Positions 61,605 to 64,000 of a stretch of 64,000 nucleotides of DNA are shown here, one piece after another (position 1 is the stretch's first letter; each line of letters opens with the position of its first letter). Source of the DNA: Chloropicon primus (Eukaryota); contig CP060757.1 in assembly GCA_023205875.1 (NCBI GenBank), forward strand, positions 62,001-126,000, read 5' to 3'. The position numbers and the translations under genes were made by a program. The notes under the pieces are model-generated. The model was not told the origin of the DNA. It did no database searches and saw nothing but the letters and a program-made list of their open reading frames with translations.

Positions 61605-63542
61605 TTACTCATCCTCGTCGCTGTCGTCGTCAGGCGTTATTTCGAACTCATTCATGATGTCCCACCTGCTCCCAGGCGCCGTGGCGCTGATGTACTTTGT
61701 GAATCGCATCACTCCCTCACAAGAAAGAACGAGATTCAAGCAATTATTCGTCGCAGGGAGGGTCACGGTCTCGTCGTCCTCGTCGGCAGCCTCGTTGTAG
61801 ACCTCGGCACTCGCGTTGTTTGGCCCCTTCGCCTCGATGTCATTGACCATATAGCAATCATAGCCCCCCACCTCCCCCAGGCCCCACTGCTCGGATTCTT
61901 CGACCATGCAGAGGGTCGCGTCGAGCTGGTACCCAGCAGTTTCCACGCCGCTGTGCGCAAGCGTGTAGTCCAAGCCGGGGCGGAAGCGCCTGACGCAGGA
62001 CCTCGAAGACGTCAGAGTAACCTTGGTCATGTAAGACAGGAGCTTCTGAAACGCAGGCGAGCCAAAGCATTCCTTCAGGTTGGAGAACAAGTCCCCGCCG
62101 GCGTCACAGGTCATTTCAAGATAGCGCTGCTTGTGGGTCGGGCCCCTCATTTTCCAAGCACCGCCTACTCCAGACTCATACGGGGGTATCACGCCCTCGA
62201 ACATTCCTTCTTCCTCGTCCTTGTCGTGAATCTGCTTGGACAGCTGGTCCACCAGAGCGTCATTCAAGAACTTGTACAACTGGATGTGCGAGTCATCCAC
62301 AAACTTGTCCGCAATCCTTTCCACGGAGGACTTCACGAGATACTGAGGATTGATGTAGAGCGCCAAGCCCTCCACCTCACTTTCGGACAGCCAGCCGTCG
62401 GCGTGCACCTCGGATGGAAGCTTGACGAAGGGATCCACCTTATCAAAGGCAGCGCACGGAGAATCGCCTTTCCACTCGCTTGATTTGCTGTTCACCAGAA
62501 TCTGGTTCAGCGTCGCGTTCTCGGAACCCTCGGGGGGCTTCTCGCCATGGAACCAACCCGAGATGCTCAAGCGGGGCTTGTCCGTCACGATCACTTCCTC
62601 AATGTCGTGAAAGCTCTTTCCTGGCTGCACGGCAAACATGACCATGGTGTTCCACGTAGGCAGAAGCCGCTTTATCGGGTGATAGTCCGGCAGCGGGAGC
62701 TTCCTCGCCTTGCCCTTTGGGTCCACGATGCAGTCGTAGAGGGCCAGAGCGCCGCCGTCCTCGCTCTTCCACGGACTGTCCGGGTCCGTGAGATAGATGA
62801 TGTAAGAAACCTTTCTGGTCCCGATCACGTCGTCGTGGCACAGCAGGTGCCCCCCTTGGGGGTAAATGTTGCAAGAGCAGTCCGTCTTATCGATGAGCTC
62901 GCCGCTGCCTTTGGACGGACGCGAGGTGGATCAGAGAAATCGGCGGTGGTCAGCGCGAAACTGAAGGCGAAGGGAAGGGAGGGAGGAGGGGGCTTGTCGC
63001 CGTCGCGATATGTGTGTCCTCACCTAAACCTGCCACGTTCTCCACAAAGGTCCTGAACTCCTTGGAGTAAATCGTGTCCCTCAGCCTCTTCAGGTGAGGC
63101 AGCTGCCCCAGCGAGTTCTTGTCGAGGCCGTCCAAGTTGGCCAGATCTCCCGTCTGCAACACCTTGTAGATGTCCGTCTCCTTGAAGGTCGCCCTGAGGT
63201 TTGTGATGATCTCGTCCCGAACTTTCCTCAACCTAATTTTTTTTCGCGCGCGCAACGTGGGAGAAGAAAGAGGTCAGCCCGTGGGAACAAACAACAAATG
63301 AGAGCAGACCGGCACGCGGCATCGGCCGCCAGAGATCAAAGCACTCACACTTTCTCGTTGCACAATTCCTTGAGCACGCAGTGGCGATACGGTTTCGACT
63401 CCTGGAACTCTTTCGCGACCTCGTTCTTGACAACCTCGGAGTCAATGTCAATTCCAAGCACATCGCCTTCGACCTCTTCGACCAACCCCTCCCCCTCCTT
63501 TGCGGGAGCCCTCTTCCTCTTCGCTCCGAACCCTCGTGCCAT
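61605..63542 (-). CDS. OGFOD1: uS12 prolyl 3-hydroxylase OGFOD1/TPA1; exons 63542-63349, 63232-63024, 62908-61605
   Basis: 'KETDIYKVLQTGDLANLDGL', 'YPQGGHLLCHDDVIGTRKVSYIIYL' (HxD), 'SFHDIEEV...RLSISGWFH', 'RRFRPGLDYTLA', 'MRFTKYIS...SRWDI'. Confidence 0.93.
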
Positions 63543-63825
63543 TGCGGCGCACACACGCGAACGAACACACTTCACCACCTTCAATCTGCCTCGTTCCTCC
63601 GCCAAATGAGTCAACCAAGGCACCAAACCAAAGCTCGCGAGACGCTATTTCGCCTCACTCCGTCCCCTTCGCCTCCCCCCTTCCCTTTGGCGTTCAATCC
63701 GCCGCCAGTGTCCCTCCCTTGGTCCTCCTGCGGCCTCCAGCTGGACGTCTTCCAAAATTGTTTATCATATATTTAATAAGAAATGGTCGAGGCCAAGCCG
63801 CTCGCTCGTTCCCCGAGGAGAGGGG

Positions 63826-63868
63826 GAGGAAAGAGGAAAGAGGAAAGAGGAAAGAGGAAAGAGGAAAG
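63826..63868 (+). repeat. (GAGGAAA)n heptamer microsatellite
   Basis: About six direct copies, seen directly. Confidence 0.85.
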
Positions 63869-64000
63869 GGTCGGTTTCCCGTCGCTTCCCCGACAGACAG
63901 GATGGGGTGTCCTTTCCTCTCTCCTCCTTGGCTTCCCTTAAGGGAAAGCATGAATGGATGGACCCCAACCCAAAACGAAAGAGGGGCCAAAGCAGGAGAG

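Overview
Eukaryotic nuclear DNA from a compact, GC-rich green-algal genome. Gene content, short GT-AG introns and plant-type TTTAGGG/telo-box motifs suggest a picoplanktonic chlorophyte such as Chloropicon; this is inference. About 30 tightly packed protein-coding genes are separated by short microsatellite-rich spacers. Nuclear/RNA genes: MSI1 (partial), tandem HARE-HTH protein, NUP50-like, fused NUP98-NUP96, a non-canonical ELP3, NF-YC, nucleoplasmin-like acidic protein, uL24, OGFOD1/TPA1. Membrane/trafficking genes: EamA transporter, TM9SF, VPS13, CCC1. Ciliary/centriolar genes: BBS1, PF20/SPAG16, an Sfi1/POC5-like coiled-coil protein. Plastid-type genes: DUF2834-like, TPM-domain lumen protein, CBM20 protein, TPR protein, bacterial-PH protein, PCD/RAF2-like. 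Others: ubiquitin-like protein, copper amine oxidase, NTAQ1, profilin. Best leads: (1) a candidate H/ACA scaRNA in NUP98 intron 2 whose pocket is complementary to U2 snRNA just 3' of the branch-point-binding region; (2) a tail-anchored, apicomplexan-like Elp3; (3) a ~2.7 kb AT-rich island with decayed ORFs (centromere candidate); (4) a RAF2-like protein retaining a full PCD catalytic motif; (5) a shared ~140 bp element upstream of two unrelated genes. No tRNA, rRNA, CRISPR array or intact transposon was recognised. All calls come from reading motifs by eye; no searches were run.
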